From: Nemertoderma westbladi
Lineage: Eukaryota; Animalia; Xenacoelomorpha
Length of the DNA: 54,432 nucleotides
Direction: 5' to 3'
NCBI GenBank assembly: GCA_032718475.1
Contig: JAUCBJ010008101.1
Location: 1-54,432 of the forward strand
Both the position numbers and the translations under genes were made by a program. Below the pieces are notes generated by a model, which did not search any database, was not told the DNA's origin, and saw only the letters and a program-made list of their open reading frames with translations. Shown piece by piece: positions 35,801 to 50,800 of this stretch (position 1 is the stretch's first letter; the number at the start of each line of letters is the position of its first letter).

Positions 35801-38800
35801 CGATAGTTTCACAGGACACTTTATATGACCCCGAGAGTTTCACAGGACACTTCATATGACCCCGAGAGTTCCACCGGACACTTTATATGACCCTGAGAGT
35901 TTCACAGGACACTTTATATGATCCCGAGAGTTTCACAGGACACTTTATATGACCCCGAGAGTTCCACCGGACACTTTATATGACCCTGAGAGTTTCACAG
36001 GACACTTTATATGATCCCGAGAGTTTCACAGGACACTTTATATGACCCCGAGAGTTTCACAGGACACTTTATATGACCCCGAGAGTTTCACAGGACACTT
36101 TATATGACTCCGAGAGTTCCACAGGACACTTTATATGACCCTGAGAGTTTCACAGGACACTTTATATGACCCTGAGAGTTCCACAGGACACTTTATATGA
36201 CCCCGAGAGTTCCACAGGACACTTTATATGATCCCGAGAGTTCCACAGGACATTTTATATGACCCTGAGAGTTTCACAGGACACTTTATATGACCCCGAG
36301 AGTTCCACAGGACACTTTATATGACCCCGAGAGTTTCACAGGACACTTTATATGACCCCGAGAGTTCCACAGGACACTTTATATGACCCCGAGAGTTTCA
36401 CAGGACACTTTATATGACCCCGAGAGTTCCACAGGACACTTTATATGACCCTGAGAGTTTCACAGGACACTTTATATGACCCCGAGAGTTTCACAGGACA
36501 CTTTATATGACCCCGAGAGTTCCACCGGACACTTTATATGACCCCGAGAGTTTCACAGGACACTTTATATGACCCCGAGAGTTCCACAGGACACTTTATA
36601 TGACCCCGAGAGTTTCACAGGACACTTTATATGACCCCGAGAGTTTCACAGGACACTTTATATGACCCTGAGAGTTTCACAGGACACTTTATATGACCCC
36701 GAGAGTTTCACAGGACACTTTATATGACCCCGAGAGTTCCACAGGACACTTTATATGACCCCGAGAGTTTCACAGGACACTTTATATGACCCCGAGAGTT
36801 TCACAGGACACTTTATATGACCCTGAGAGTTTCACAGGACACTTTATATGACCCCGAGAGTTTCACAGGACACTTTATATGACCCCGAGAGTTCCACAGG
36901 ACACTTTATATGACCCCGAGAGTTTCACAGGACACTTTATATGACCCCGAGAGTTCCACAGGACACTTTATATGACCCCGAGAGTTTCACAGGACACTTT
37001 ATATGACCCCGAGAGTTTCACAGGACACTTTATATGACCCCGAGAGTTTCACAGGACACTTTATATGACCCTGAGAGTTCCACAGGACACTTTATATGAC
37101 CCCGATAGTTCCACAGGACACTTTATATGACCCCGATAGTTTCACAGGACACTTTATATGACCCCGAGAGTTTCACAGGACACTTTATATGACCCTGAGA
37201 GTTTCACAGGACACTTTATATGACCCCGAGAGTTTCACAGGACACTTCATATGACCCCGAGAGTTCCACCGGACACTTTATATGACCCTGAGAGTTTCAC
37301 AGGACACTTTATATGATCCCGAGAGTTTCACAGGACACTTTATATGATCCCGAGAGTTTCACAGGACACTTTATATGACCCTGAGAGTTTCACAGGACAC
37401 TTTATATGACCCCGAGAGTTCCACAGGACACTTTATATGACCCTGAGAGTTCCACAGGACACTTTATATGACCCCGAGAGTTCCACAGGACACTTTATAT
37501 GACCCTGAGAGTTCCACAGGACACTTTATATGACCCTGAGAGTTTCACAGGACACTTTATATGATCCCGAGAGTTTCACAGGGCACTTTATATGACTCTG
37601 AGAGTTCCACAGGACACTTTATATGACCCCGAGAGTTCCACAGGACACTTTATATGACCCCGAGAGTTCCACCGGACACTTTATATGACCCCGAGAGTTC
37701 CACCGGACACTTTATATGACCCCGAGAGTTCCACCGGACACTTTATATGACCCTAAGAGTTTCACAGGACACTTTATATGACCCCGAGAGTTCCACAGGA
37801 CACTTTATATGACACCGAGAGTTCCACAGGACACTTTATATGACCCTGAGAGTTCCACAGGACACTTTATATGACCCCGAGAGTTCCACAGGACACTTTA
37901 TATGATCCCGAGAGTTTCACATGACACTTTATATGACCTCGAGAGTTCCACAGGACACTTTATATGACCCCGAGAGTTCCACAGGACACTTTATATGACC
38001 CCGAGAGTTCCACAGGACACTTTATATGACCCCGAGAGTTCCACAGGACACTTTATATGATCCCGAGAGTTTCAAGGACACTTTATATGACCCCGAGAGT
38101 TCCACAGGACACTTTATATGACCCCGAGAGTTCCACAGGACACTTTATATGACCCCGAGAGTTCCACAGGACACTTTATATGATCCCGAGAGTTCCACAG
38201 GACACTTTATATGACCCCGAGAGTTCCACAGGACACTTTATATGACCCCGAGAGTTCCACAGGACACTTTATATGATCCCGAGAGTTTCACATGACACTT
38301 TATATGACCTCGAGAGTTCCACAGGACACTTTATATGACCCCGAGAGTTCCACAGGACACTTTATATGACCCCGAGAGTTCCACAGGACACTTTATATGA
38401 TCCCGAGAGTTTCACATGACACTTTATATGACCCCGAGAGTTCCACAGGACACTTTATATGACCCCGAGAGTTCCACAGGACACTTTATATGACCCCGAG
38501 AGTTCCACAGGACACTTTATATGACCCCGAGAGTTCCACAGGACACTTTATATGACCCCGAGAGTTCCACAGGACACTTTATATGACCCCGAGAGTTCCA
38601 CAGGACACTTTATATGATCCCGAGAGTTTCACATGACACTTTATATGACCTCGAGAGTTCCACAGGACACTTTATATGACCCCGAGAGTTCCACAGGACA
38701 CTTTATATGACCCCGAGAGTTCCACAGGACACTTTATATGACCCCGAGAGTTCCACAGGACACTTTATATGATCCCGAGAGTTTCAAGGACACTTTATAT

Positions 38801-41800
38801 GATCCCGAGAGTTCCACAGGACACTTTATATGACCCCGAGAGTTCCACAGGACACTTTATATGACCCCGAGAGTTCCACAGGACACTTTATATGACACCG
38901 AGAGTTTCACAGGACACTTTATATGACCCCGAGAGTTCCACAGGACACTTTATATGATCCCGAGAGTTCCACAGGACACTTTATATGACCCCGAGAGTTC
39001 CACAGGACACTTTATATGACCCCGAGAGTTCCACAGGACACTTTATATGACACCGAGAGTTTCACAGGACACTTTATATGACCCTGAGAGTTCCACAGGA
39101 CACTTTATATGACCCTGAGAGTTCCACAGGACACTTTATATGACACCGAGAGTTCCACAGGACACTTTATATGACACCGAGAGTTCCACACGACACTTTA
39201 TATGACCCCGAGAGTTCCACAGGACACTTTATATGACCCCGAGAGTTTCAAGGACACTATATATGACCCCGAGAGTTCCACAGGACACTTTATATGACCC
39301 CGAGAGTTCCACAGGACACTTTATATGACACCGAGAGTTCCACACGACACTTTATATGACCCCGAGAGTTCCACAGGACACTTTATATGACCCCGAGAGT
39401 TCCACAGGACACTTTATATGACACCGAGAGTTCCACAGGACACTTTATATGACACCGAGAGTTCCACAGGACACTTTATATGACACCGAGAGTTCCACAC
39501 GACACTTTATATGACCCCGAGAGTTCCACAGGACACTTTATATGACCCCGAGAGTTCCACAGGACACTTTATATGACACCGAGAGTTCCACAGGACACTT
39601 TATATGACACCGAGAGTTCCACAGGACACTTTATATGACACCGAGAGTTCCACAGGACACTTTATATGACCTCGAGAGTTCCACAGGACACTTTATATGA
39701 CCCCGAGAGTTCCACAGGACACTTTATATGACACCGAGAGTTCCACACGACACTTTATATGACCCCGAGAGTTCCACAGGACACTTTATATGACACCGAG
39801 AGTTCCACAGGACACTTTATATGACACCGAGAGTTCCACAGGACACTTTATATGACACCGAGAGTTCCACAGGACACTTTATATGACCTCGAGAGTTCCA
39901 CAGGACACTTTATATGACCCCGAGAGTTCCACAGGACACTTTATATGACACCGAGAGTTCCACACGACACTTTATATGACCCCGAGAGTTCCACAGGACA
40001 CTTTATATGACCCCGAGAGTTCCACAGGACACTTTATATGACACCGAGAGTTCCACAGGACACTTTATATGACACCGAGAGTTCCACAGGACACTTTATA
40101 TGACACCGAGAGTTCCACAGGACACTTTATATGACCTCGAGAGTTCCACAGGACACTTTATATGACCCCGAGAGTTCCACAGGACACTTTATATGACCCT
40201 GAGAGTTTCACAGGACACTTTATATGACACCGAGAGTTCCACAGGACACTTTATATGACCCCGAGAGTTCCACAGGACACTTTATATGACCCCGAGAGTT
40301 CCACAGGACACTTTATATGACACCGAGAGTTTCACAGGACACTTTATATGACCCCGAGAGTTCCACAGGACACTTTATATGACCTCGAGAGTTCCACAGG
40401 ACACTTTATATGACCCCGAGAGTTCCACAGGACACTTTATATGACCCCGAGAGTTCCACAGGACACTTTATATGACACCGAGAGTTCCACAGGACACTTT
40501 ATATGACCCCGAGAGTTCCACAGGACACTTTATTTATATGATCCCGAGAGTTCCACAGGACACTTTATATGACCTCGAGAGTTCCACAGGACACTTTATA
40601 TGACCTCGAGAGTTCCACAGGACACTTTATATGACGCCGAGAGTTTCACAGGACACTTTATATGACCCTGAGAGTTCCACAGGACACTTTATATGACACC
40701 GAGAGTTCCACAGGACACTTTATATGACCCCGAGAGTTCCACAGGACACTTTATATGACACCGAGAGTTCCACAGGACACTTTATATGACACCGAGAGTT
40801 CCACAGGACACTTTATATGACCCCGAGAGTTCCACAGGACACTTTATATGACCCCGAGAGTTCCACAGGACACTTTATATGACACCGAGAGTTCCACAGG
40901 ACACTTTATATGACACCGAGAGTTCCACAGGACACTTTATATGACACCGAGAGTTCCACAGGACACTTTATATGACCCCGAGAGTTCCACAGGACACTTT
41001 ATATGACACCGAGAGTTCCACAGGACACTTTATATGACACCGAGAGTTCCACAGGACACTTTATATGACACCGAGAGTTCCACAGGACACTTTATATGAC
41101 CCCGAGAGTTCCACAGGACACTTTATATGACCCCGAGAGTTCCACAGGACACTTTATATGACCTCGAGAGTTCCACAGGACACTTTATATGACACCGAGA
41201 GTTCCACAGGACACTTTATATGACCCCGAGAGTTCCACAGGACACTTTATATGACCCCGAGAGTTCCACAGGACACTTTATATGACACCGAGAGTTTCAC
41301 AGGACACTTTATATGACCCCGAGAGTTCCACAGGACACTTTATATGACCTCGAGAGTTCCACAGGACACTTTATATGACACCGAGAGTTCCACAGGACAC
41401 TTTATATGACCCCGAGAGTTCCACAGGACACTTTATATGACCCCGAGAGTTCCACAGGACACTTTATATGACACCGAGAGTTTCACAGGACACTTTATAT
41501 GACCCCGAGAGTTCCACAGGACACTTTATATGACCTCGAGAGTTCCACAGGACACTTTATATGACACCGAGAGTTCCACAGGACACTTTATATGACCCCG
41601 AGAGTTCCACAGGACACTTTATATGACACCGAGAGTTCCACAGGACACTTTATATGACCCTGAGAGTTTCACAGGACACTTTATATGACCCTGAGAGTTT
41701 CACAGGACACTTTATATGACCCTGAGAGTTCCACAGGACACTTTATATGACGCCGAGAGTTCCACAGGACACTTTATATGACCTCGAGAGTTCCACAGGA

Positions 41801-44800
41801 CACTTTATATGACCCCGAGAGTTCCACAGGACACTATATATGACACCGAGAGTTCCACAGGACACTTTATATGACACCGAGAGTTCCACAGGACACTTTA
41901 TATGACACCGAGAGTTCCACAGGACACTTTATATGACCCTGAGAGTTCCACAGGACACTTTATATGACCCCGAGAGTTCCACAGGACACTATATATGACA
42001 CCGAGAGTTCCACAGGACACTTTATATGACCCTGAGAGTTCCACAGGACACTTTATATGACACCGAGAGTTCCACAGGACACTTTATATGACCCTGAGAG
42101 TTTCACAGGACACTTTATATGACCCCGAGAGTTCCACAGGACACTTTATATGACCCCGAGAGTTCCACAGGACACTTTATATGACCCTGAGAGTTTCACA
42201 GGACACTTTATATGACCCTGAGAGTTTCACAGGACACTTTATATGACCCTGAGAGTTCCACAGGACACTTTATATGACACCGAGAGTTCCACAGGACACT
42301 TTATATGACCCCGAGAGTTCCACAGGACACTTTATATGACCCTGAGAGTTTCACAGGACACTTTATATGACCCCGAGAGTTCCACAGGACACTTTATATG
42401 ACACCGAGAGTTCCACAGGACACTTTATATGACCCTGAGAGTTTCACAGGACACTTTATATGACCCCGAGAGTTCCACAGGACACTTTATATGACCCCGA
42501 GAGTTCCACAGGACACTTTATATGACCCTGAGAGTTTCACAGGACACTTTATATGACCCCGAGAGTTCCACAGGACACTTTATATGACCCCGAGAGTTCC
42601 ACAGGACACTTTATATGACACCGAGAGTTCCACAGGACACTTTATATGACACCGAGAGTTCCACAGGACACTTTATATGACACCGAGAGTTCCACAGGAC
42701 ACTTTATATGACCCCGAGAGTTCCACAGGACACTTTATATGACACCGAGAGTTCCACAGGACACTTTATATGACACCGAGAGTTCCACAGGACACTTTAT
42801 ATGACACCGAGAGTTTCACAGGACACTTTATATGACCCCGAGAGTTCCACAGGACACTTTATATGACCTCGAGAGTTCCACAGGACACTTTATATGACAC
42901 CGAGAGTTCCACAGGACACTTTATATGACCCCGAGAGTTCCACAGGACACTTTATATGACACCGAGAGTTCCACAGGACACTTTATATGATCCCGAGAGT
43001 TCCACAGGACACTTTATATGACACCGAGAGTTCCACAGGACACTTTATATGACCTCGAGAGTTCCACAGGACACTTTATATGACACCGAGAGTTCCACAG
43101 GACACTTTATATGACACCGAGAGTTCCACAGGACACTTTATATGACACCGAGAGTTCCACAGGACACTTTATATGACCCCGAGAGTTCCACAGGACACTT
43201 TATATGACACCGAGAGTTCCACAGGACACTTTATATGACACCGAGAGTTCCACAGGACACTTTATATGACACCGAGAGTTTCACAGGACACTTTATATGA
43301 CCCCGAGAGTTCCACAGGACACTTTATATGACCTCGAGAGTTCCACAGGACACTTTATATGACACCGAGAGTTCCACAGGACACTTTATATGACCCCGAG
43401 AGTTCCACAGGACACTTTATATGACACCGAGAGTTCCACAGGACACTTTATATGATCCCGAGAGTTCCACAGGACACTTTATATGACCTCGAGAGTTCCA
43501 CAGGACACTTTATATGACCTCGAGAGTTCCACAGGACACTTTATATGACACCGAGAGTTCCACAGGACACTTTATATGACCCTGAGAGTTCCACAGGACA
43601 CTTTATATGACCCTAAGAGTTTCACAGGACACTTTATATGACACCGAGAGTTCCACAGGACACTTTATATGACCCCGAGAGTTCCACAGGACACTTTATA
43701 TGACCCCGAGAGTTCCACAGGACACTTTATATGACCCTGAGAGTTTCACAGGACACTTTATATGACACCGAGAGTTCCACAGGACACTTTATATGACCCC
43801 GAGAGTTCCACAGGACACTTTATATGACCCCGAGAGTTCCACAGGACACTTTATATGACCCTGAGAGTTTCACAGGACACTTTATATGACCCCGAGAGTT
43901 CCACAGGACACTTTATATGACCCTGAGAGTTTCACAGGACACTTTATATGACACCGAGAGTTCCACAGGACACTTTATATGACCCCGAGAGTTCCACAGG
44001 ACACTTTATATGACCCCGAGAGTTCCACAGGACACTTTATATGACCCTGAGAGTTTCACAGGACACTTTATATGACACCGAGAGTTCCACAGGACACTTT
44101 ATATGACCCCGAGAGTTCCACAGGACACTTTATATGACCCCGAGAGTTCCACAGGACACTTTATATGACACCGAGAGTTTCACAGGACACTTTATATGAC
44201 CCCGAGAGTTCCACAGGACACTTTATATGACCTCGAGAGTTCCACAGGACACTTTATATGACACCGAGAGTTCCACAGGACACTTTATATGACACCGAGA
44301 GTTCCACAGGACACTTTATATGACCCCGAGAGTTCCACAGGACACTTTATATGACACCGAGAGTTCCACAGGACACTTTATATGACCTCGAGAGTTCCAC
44401 AGGACACTTTATATGATCCCGAGAGTTCCACAGGACACTTTATATGACCCTGAGAGTTCCACAGGACACTTTATATGATCCCGAGAGTTCCACAGGATAC
44501 TTTATATGACCCTGAGAGTTCCACAGGACACTTTATATGATCCCGAGAGTTCCACAGGACACTTTATATGACCCTGAGAGTTCCACAGGACACTTTATAT
44601 GATCCCGAGAGTTTCACAGGACACTTTATATGACCCTGAGAGTTCCACAGGACACTTTATATGACCCCGAGAGTTCCACAGGACACTTTATATGACACCG
44701 AGAGTTCCACAGGACACTTTATATGACCCCGAGAGTTCCACAGGACACTTTATATGACCCCGAGAGTTTCACAGGACACTTTATATGACCCTGAGAGTTT

Positions 44801-47800
44801 CACAGGACACTTTATATGACCCTGAGAGTTCCACAGGACACTTTATATGACACCGAGAGTTCCACAGGACACTTTATATGACCCGGAGAGTTTCACAGGA
44901 CACTTTATATGACCTCGAGAGTTCCACAGGACACTTTATATGACACCGAGAGTTCCACAGGACACTTTATATGACACCGAGAGTTCCACAGGACACTTTA
45001 TATGACCCTGAGAGTTCCACAGGACACTTTATATGACCTCGAGAGTTCCACAGGACACTTTATATGACCCGGAGAGTTTCACAGGACACTTTATATGACC
45101 CCGAGAGTTCCACAGGACACTTTATATGACCTCGAGAGTTTCACAGGACACTTTATATGACACCGAGAGTTTCACAGGACACTTTATATGACCCTGAGAG
45201 TTTCACAGGACACTTTATATGACCCTGAGAGTTTCACAGGACACTTTATATGACCTCGAGAGTTCCACAGGACACTTTATATGATCCCGAGAGTTTCACA
45301 GGACACTTTATATGACACCGAGAGTTCCACAGGACACTTTATATGACCCCGAGAGTTTCACAGGACACTTTATATGACACCGAGAGTTCCACAGGACACT
45401 TTATATGACCCCGAGAGTTTCACAGGACACTTTATATGACCTCGAGAGTTCCACAGGACACTTTATATGACCCCGAGAGTTCCACAGGACACTTTATATG
45501 ACCCCGAGAGTTTCACAGGACACTTTATATGACCCTGAGAGTTTCACAGGACACTTTATATGACCCTGAGAGTTCCACAGGACACTTTATATGACACCGA
45601 GAGTTCCACAGGACACTTTATATGACCTCGAGAGTTCCACAGGACACTTTATATGACCCGAGAGTTCCACAGGACACTTTATATGACCTCGAGAGTTCCA
45701 CAGGACACTTTATATGACCCCGAGAGTTCCACAGGACACTTTATATGACCCGAGAGTTCCACAGGACACTTTATATGACCCCGAGAGTTCCACAGGACAC
45801 TTTATATGACCCTGAGAGTTCCACAGGACACTTTATATGACACCGAGAGTTCCACAGGACACTTTATATGACCCCGAGAGTTCCACAGGACACTTTATAT
45901 GACCCTGAGAGTTCCACAGGACACTTTATATGACCCGAGAGTTCCACAGGACACTTTATATGACCCCGAGAGTTCCACAGGACACTTTATATGACCCTGA
46001 GAGTTCCACAGGACACTTTATATGACCCGAGAGTTCCACAGGACACTTTATATGACCCCGAGAGTTCCACAGGACACTTTATATGACCCCGAGAGTTCCA
46101 CCGGACACTTTATATGACCCTGAGAGTTTCACAGGACACTTTATATGACCCGAGAGTTCCACAGGACACTTTATATGACACCGAGAGTTCCACAGGACAC
46201 TTTATATGACACCGAGAGTTCCACAGGACACTTTATATGACACCGAGAGTTTCACAGGACACTTTATATGACCCCGAGAGTTCCACCGGACACTTTATAT
46301 GACCCCGAGAGTTCCACCGGACACTTTATATGACCCTGAGAGTTCCACAGGACACTTTATATGACACCGAGAGTTTCACAGGACACTTTATATGACCCCG
46401 AGAGTTCCACCGGACACTTTATATGACCCCGAGAGTTCCACCGGACACTTTATATGACCCTGAGAGTTTCACAGGACACTTTATATGATCCCGAGAGTTT
46501 CACAGGGCACTTTATATGACTCTGAGAGTTCCACAGGACACTTTATATGACCCCGAGAGTTCCACAGGACACTTTATATGACCCCGAGAGTTCCACAGGA
46601 CACTTTATATGACCCTGAGAGTTTCACAGGACACTTTATATGATCCCGAGAGTTTCACAGGACACTTTATATGACCCTGAGAGTTCCACAGGACACTTTA
46701 TATGACCCCGAGAGTTCCACAGGACACTTTATATGACCCCGAGAGTTCCACAGGACACTTTATATGATCCCGAGAGTTTCACAGGACACTTTATATGACC
46801 CTGAGAGTTTCACAGGACACTTTATATGACCCTGAGAGTTCCACAGGACACTTTATATGACCCTGAGAGTTCCACAGGACACTTTATATGACCCCGAGGA
46901 GTTTCACAGGACACTTTATATGACCCTGAGAGTTCCACAGGACACTTTATATGACCCCGAGGAGTTTCACAGGACACTTTATATGACCCTGAGAGTTCCA
47001 CAGGACACTTTATATGACCCCGAGGAGTTTCACAGGACACTTTATATGACCCTGAGAGTTCCACAGGACACTTTATATGACCCCGAGGAGTTTCACAGGA
47101 CACTTTATATGACCCTGAGAGTTCCACAGGACACTTTATATGACCCCGAGAGTTTCACAGGACACTTTATATGACCCTGAGAGTTCCACAGGACACTTTA
47201 TATGACCCCGAGAGTTTCACAGGACACTTTATATGACCCTGAGAGTTCCACAGGACACTTTATATGACCCCGAGGAGTTTCACAGGACACTTTATATGAC
47301 CCTGAGAGTTCCACAGGACACTTTATATGACACCGAGAGTTTCACAGGACACTTTATATGACCCTGAGAGTTCCACAGGACACTTTATATGACCCCGAGA
47401 GTTTCACAGGACACTTTATATGACCCTGAGAGTTCCACAGGACACTTTATATGACCCCGAGAGTTTCACAGGACACTTTATATGACCCTGAGAGTTTCAC
47501 AGGACACTTTATATGACACCGAGAGTTCCACAGGACACTTTATATGACCCTGAGAGTTTCACAGGACACTTTATATGACCCTGAGAGTTCCACAGGACAC
47601 TTTATATGACCCCGAGAGTTTCACAGGACACTTTATATGACCCTGAGAGTTCCACAGGACACTTTATATGACCCCGAGAGTTCCACAGGACACTTTATAT
47701 GATCCCGAGAGTTCCACAGGACACTTTATATGACCCTGAGAGTTCCACAGGACACTTTATATGACCCCGAGAGTTTCACAGGACACTTTATATGACCCTG

Positions 47801-50800
47801 AGAGTTCCACAGGACACTTTATATGACCCCGAGAGTTCCACAGGACACTTTATATGACCCTGAGAGTTCCACAGGACACTTTATATGACCCCGAGAGTTC
47901 CACAGGACACTTTATATGACCCTGAGAGTTCCACAGGACACTTTATATGACCCTGAGAGTTCCACAGGACACTTTATATGACCCTGAGAGTTCCACAGGA
48001 CACTTTATATGACCCCGAGAGTTTCACAGGACACTTTATATGACCCTGAGAGTTCCACAGGACACTTTATATGACCCCGAGAGTTCCACAGGACACTTTA
48101 TATGACCCGAGAGTTCCACAGGACACTTTATATGACCCCGAGAGTTTCACAGGACACTTTATATGACCCTGAGAGTTCCACAGGACACTTTATATGATCC
48201 CGAGAGTTCCACAGGACACTTTATATGACCCGAGAGTTCCACAGGACACTTTATATGACCCCGAGAGTTTCACAGGACACTTTATATGACCCTGAGAGTT
48301 CCACAGGACACTTTATATGACCCCGAGAGTTTCACAGGACACTTTATATGACCCCGAGAGTTCCACCGGACACTTTATATGACCCCGAGAGTTCCACCGG
48401 ACACTTTATATGACCCTGAGAGTTTCACAGGACACTTTATATGATCCCGAGAGTTTCACAGGACACTTTATATGACCCCGAGAGTTCCACCGGACACTTT
48501 ATATGACCCCGAGAGTTCCACCGGACACTTTATATGACCCTGAGAGTTTCACAGGACACTTTATATGATCCCGAGAGTTTCACAGGACACTTTATATGAC
48601 TCTGAGAGTTCCACAGGACACTTTATATGACCCCGAGAGTTCCACAGGACACTTTATATGACCCTGAGAGTTTCACAGGACACTTTATATGATCCCGAGA
48701 GTTCCACAGGACACTTTATATGACCCTGAGAGTTTCACAGGACACTTTATATGACCCCGAGAGTTCCACAGGACACTTTATATGACCCTGAGAGTTTCAC
48801 AGGACACTTTATATGATCCCGAGAGTTCCACAGGACATTTTATATGACCCTGAGAGTTCCACAGGACACTTTATATGACCCTGAGAGTTCCACAGGACAC
48901 TTTATATGACCCCGAGAGTTCCACAGGACACTTTATATGACCCCGAGAGTTCCACATGACACTTTATATGACCCTGAGAGTTTCACAGGACACTTTATAT
49001 GACCCTGAGAGTTCCACAGGACACTTTATATGACACCGAGAGTTCCACAGGACACTTTATATGACCCTGAGAGTTCCACAGGACACTTTATATGACCCTG
49101 AGAGTTTCACAGGACACTTTATATGACCCTGAGAGTTCCACAGGACACTTTATATGACACCGAGAGTTCCACAGGACACTTTATATGATCCCGAGAGTTT
49201 CACAGGACACTTTATATGACCCCGAGAGTTTCACAGGACACTTTATATGACCCCGAGAGTTTCACAGGACACTTTATATGACCCTGAGAGTTCCACAGGA
49301 CACTTTATATGACACCGAGAGTTCCACAGGACACTTTATATGACCCTGAGAGTTCCACAGGACACTTTATATGACCCTGAGAGTTTCACAGGACACTTTA
49401 TATGACCCTGAGAGTTCCACAGGACACTTTATATGACACCGAGAGTTCCACAGGACACTTTATATGACCCCGAGAGTTCCACAGGACACTTTATATGACC
49501 CTGAGAGTTCCACAGGACACTTTATATGATCCCGAGAGTTTCACAGGACACTTTATATGACCCCGAGAGTTTCACAGGACACTTTATATGACCCCGAGAG
49601 TTTCACAGGACACTTTATATGACCCTGAGAGTTCCACAGGACACTTTATATGACCCCGAGAGTTCCACAGGACACTTTATATGATCCCGAGAGTTCCACA
49701 GGACACTTTATATGACCCTGAGAGTTTCACAGGACACTTTATATGACCCCGAGAGTTCCACAGGACACTTTATATGACCCCGAGAGTTTCACAGGACACT
49801 TTATATGACCCCGAGAGTTCCACAGGACACTTTATATGACCCCGAGAGTTCCACAGGACACTTTATATGACCCTGAGAGTTCCACAGGACACTTTATATG
49901 ACCCCGAGAGTTTCACAGGACACTTTATATGACCCTGAGAGTTCCACAGGACACTTTATATGACCCCGAGAGTTCCACAGGACACTTTATATGATCCCGA
50001 GAGTTCCACAGGACACTTTATATGACCCTGAGAGTTTCACAGGACACTTTATATGACCCCGAGAGTTCCACAGGACACTTTATATGACCCCGAGAGTTTC
50101 ACAGGACACTTTATATGACCCCGAGAGTTCCACAGGACACTTTATATGACCCCGATAGTTTCACAGGACACTTTATATGACCCCGAGAGTTCCACCGGAC
50201 ACTTTATATGACCCTGAGAGTTTCACAGGACACTTTATATGATCCCGAGAGTTTCACAGGACACTTTATATGACCCCGAGAGTTCCACAGGACACTTTAT
50301 ATGACCCTGAGAGTTTCACAGGACACTTTATATGATCCCGAGAGTTTCACAGGACACTTTATATGACCCCGAGAGTTCCACCGGACACTTTATATGACCC
50401 CGAGAGTTCCACCGGACACTTTATATGACCCTGAGAGTTTCACAGGACACTTTATATGATCCCGAGAGTTTCACAGGGCACTTTATATGACTCTGAGAGT
50501 TCCACAGGACACTTTATATGACCCCGAGAGTTCCACAGGACACTTTATATGACCCCGAGAGTTCCACAGGACACTTTATATGATCCCGAGAGTTCCACAG
50601 GACACTTTATATGACCCTGAGAGTTTCACAGGACACTTTATATGACCCTGAGAGTTTCACAGGACACTTTATATGATCCCGAGAGTTCCACAGGACACTT
50701 TATATGCCCTGAGAGTTTCACAGGACACTTTATATGACCCTGAGAGTTCCACAGGACACTTTATATGACCCCGAGAGTTCCACAGGACACTTTATATGAC

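Noticed and set aside
46822-47174. Two ~100-aa ORFs in the satellite
   Set aside because: They arise from a local 31+32 = 63-bp alternation that happens to lack stops.
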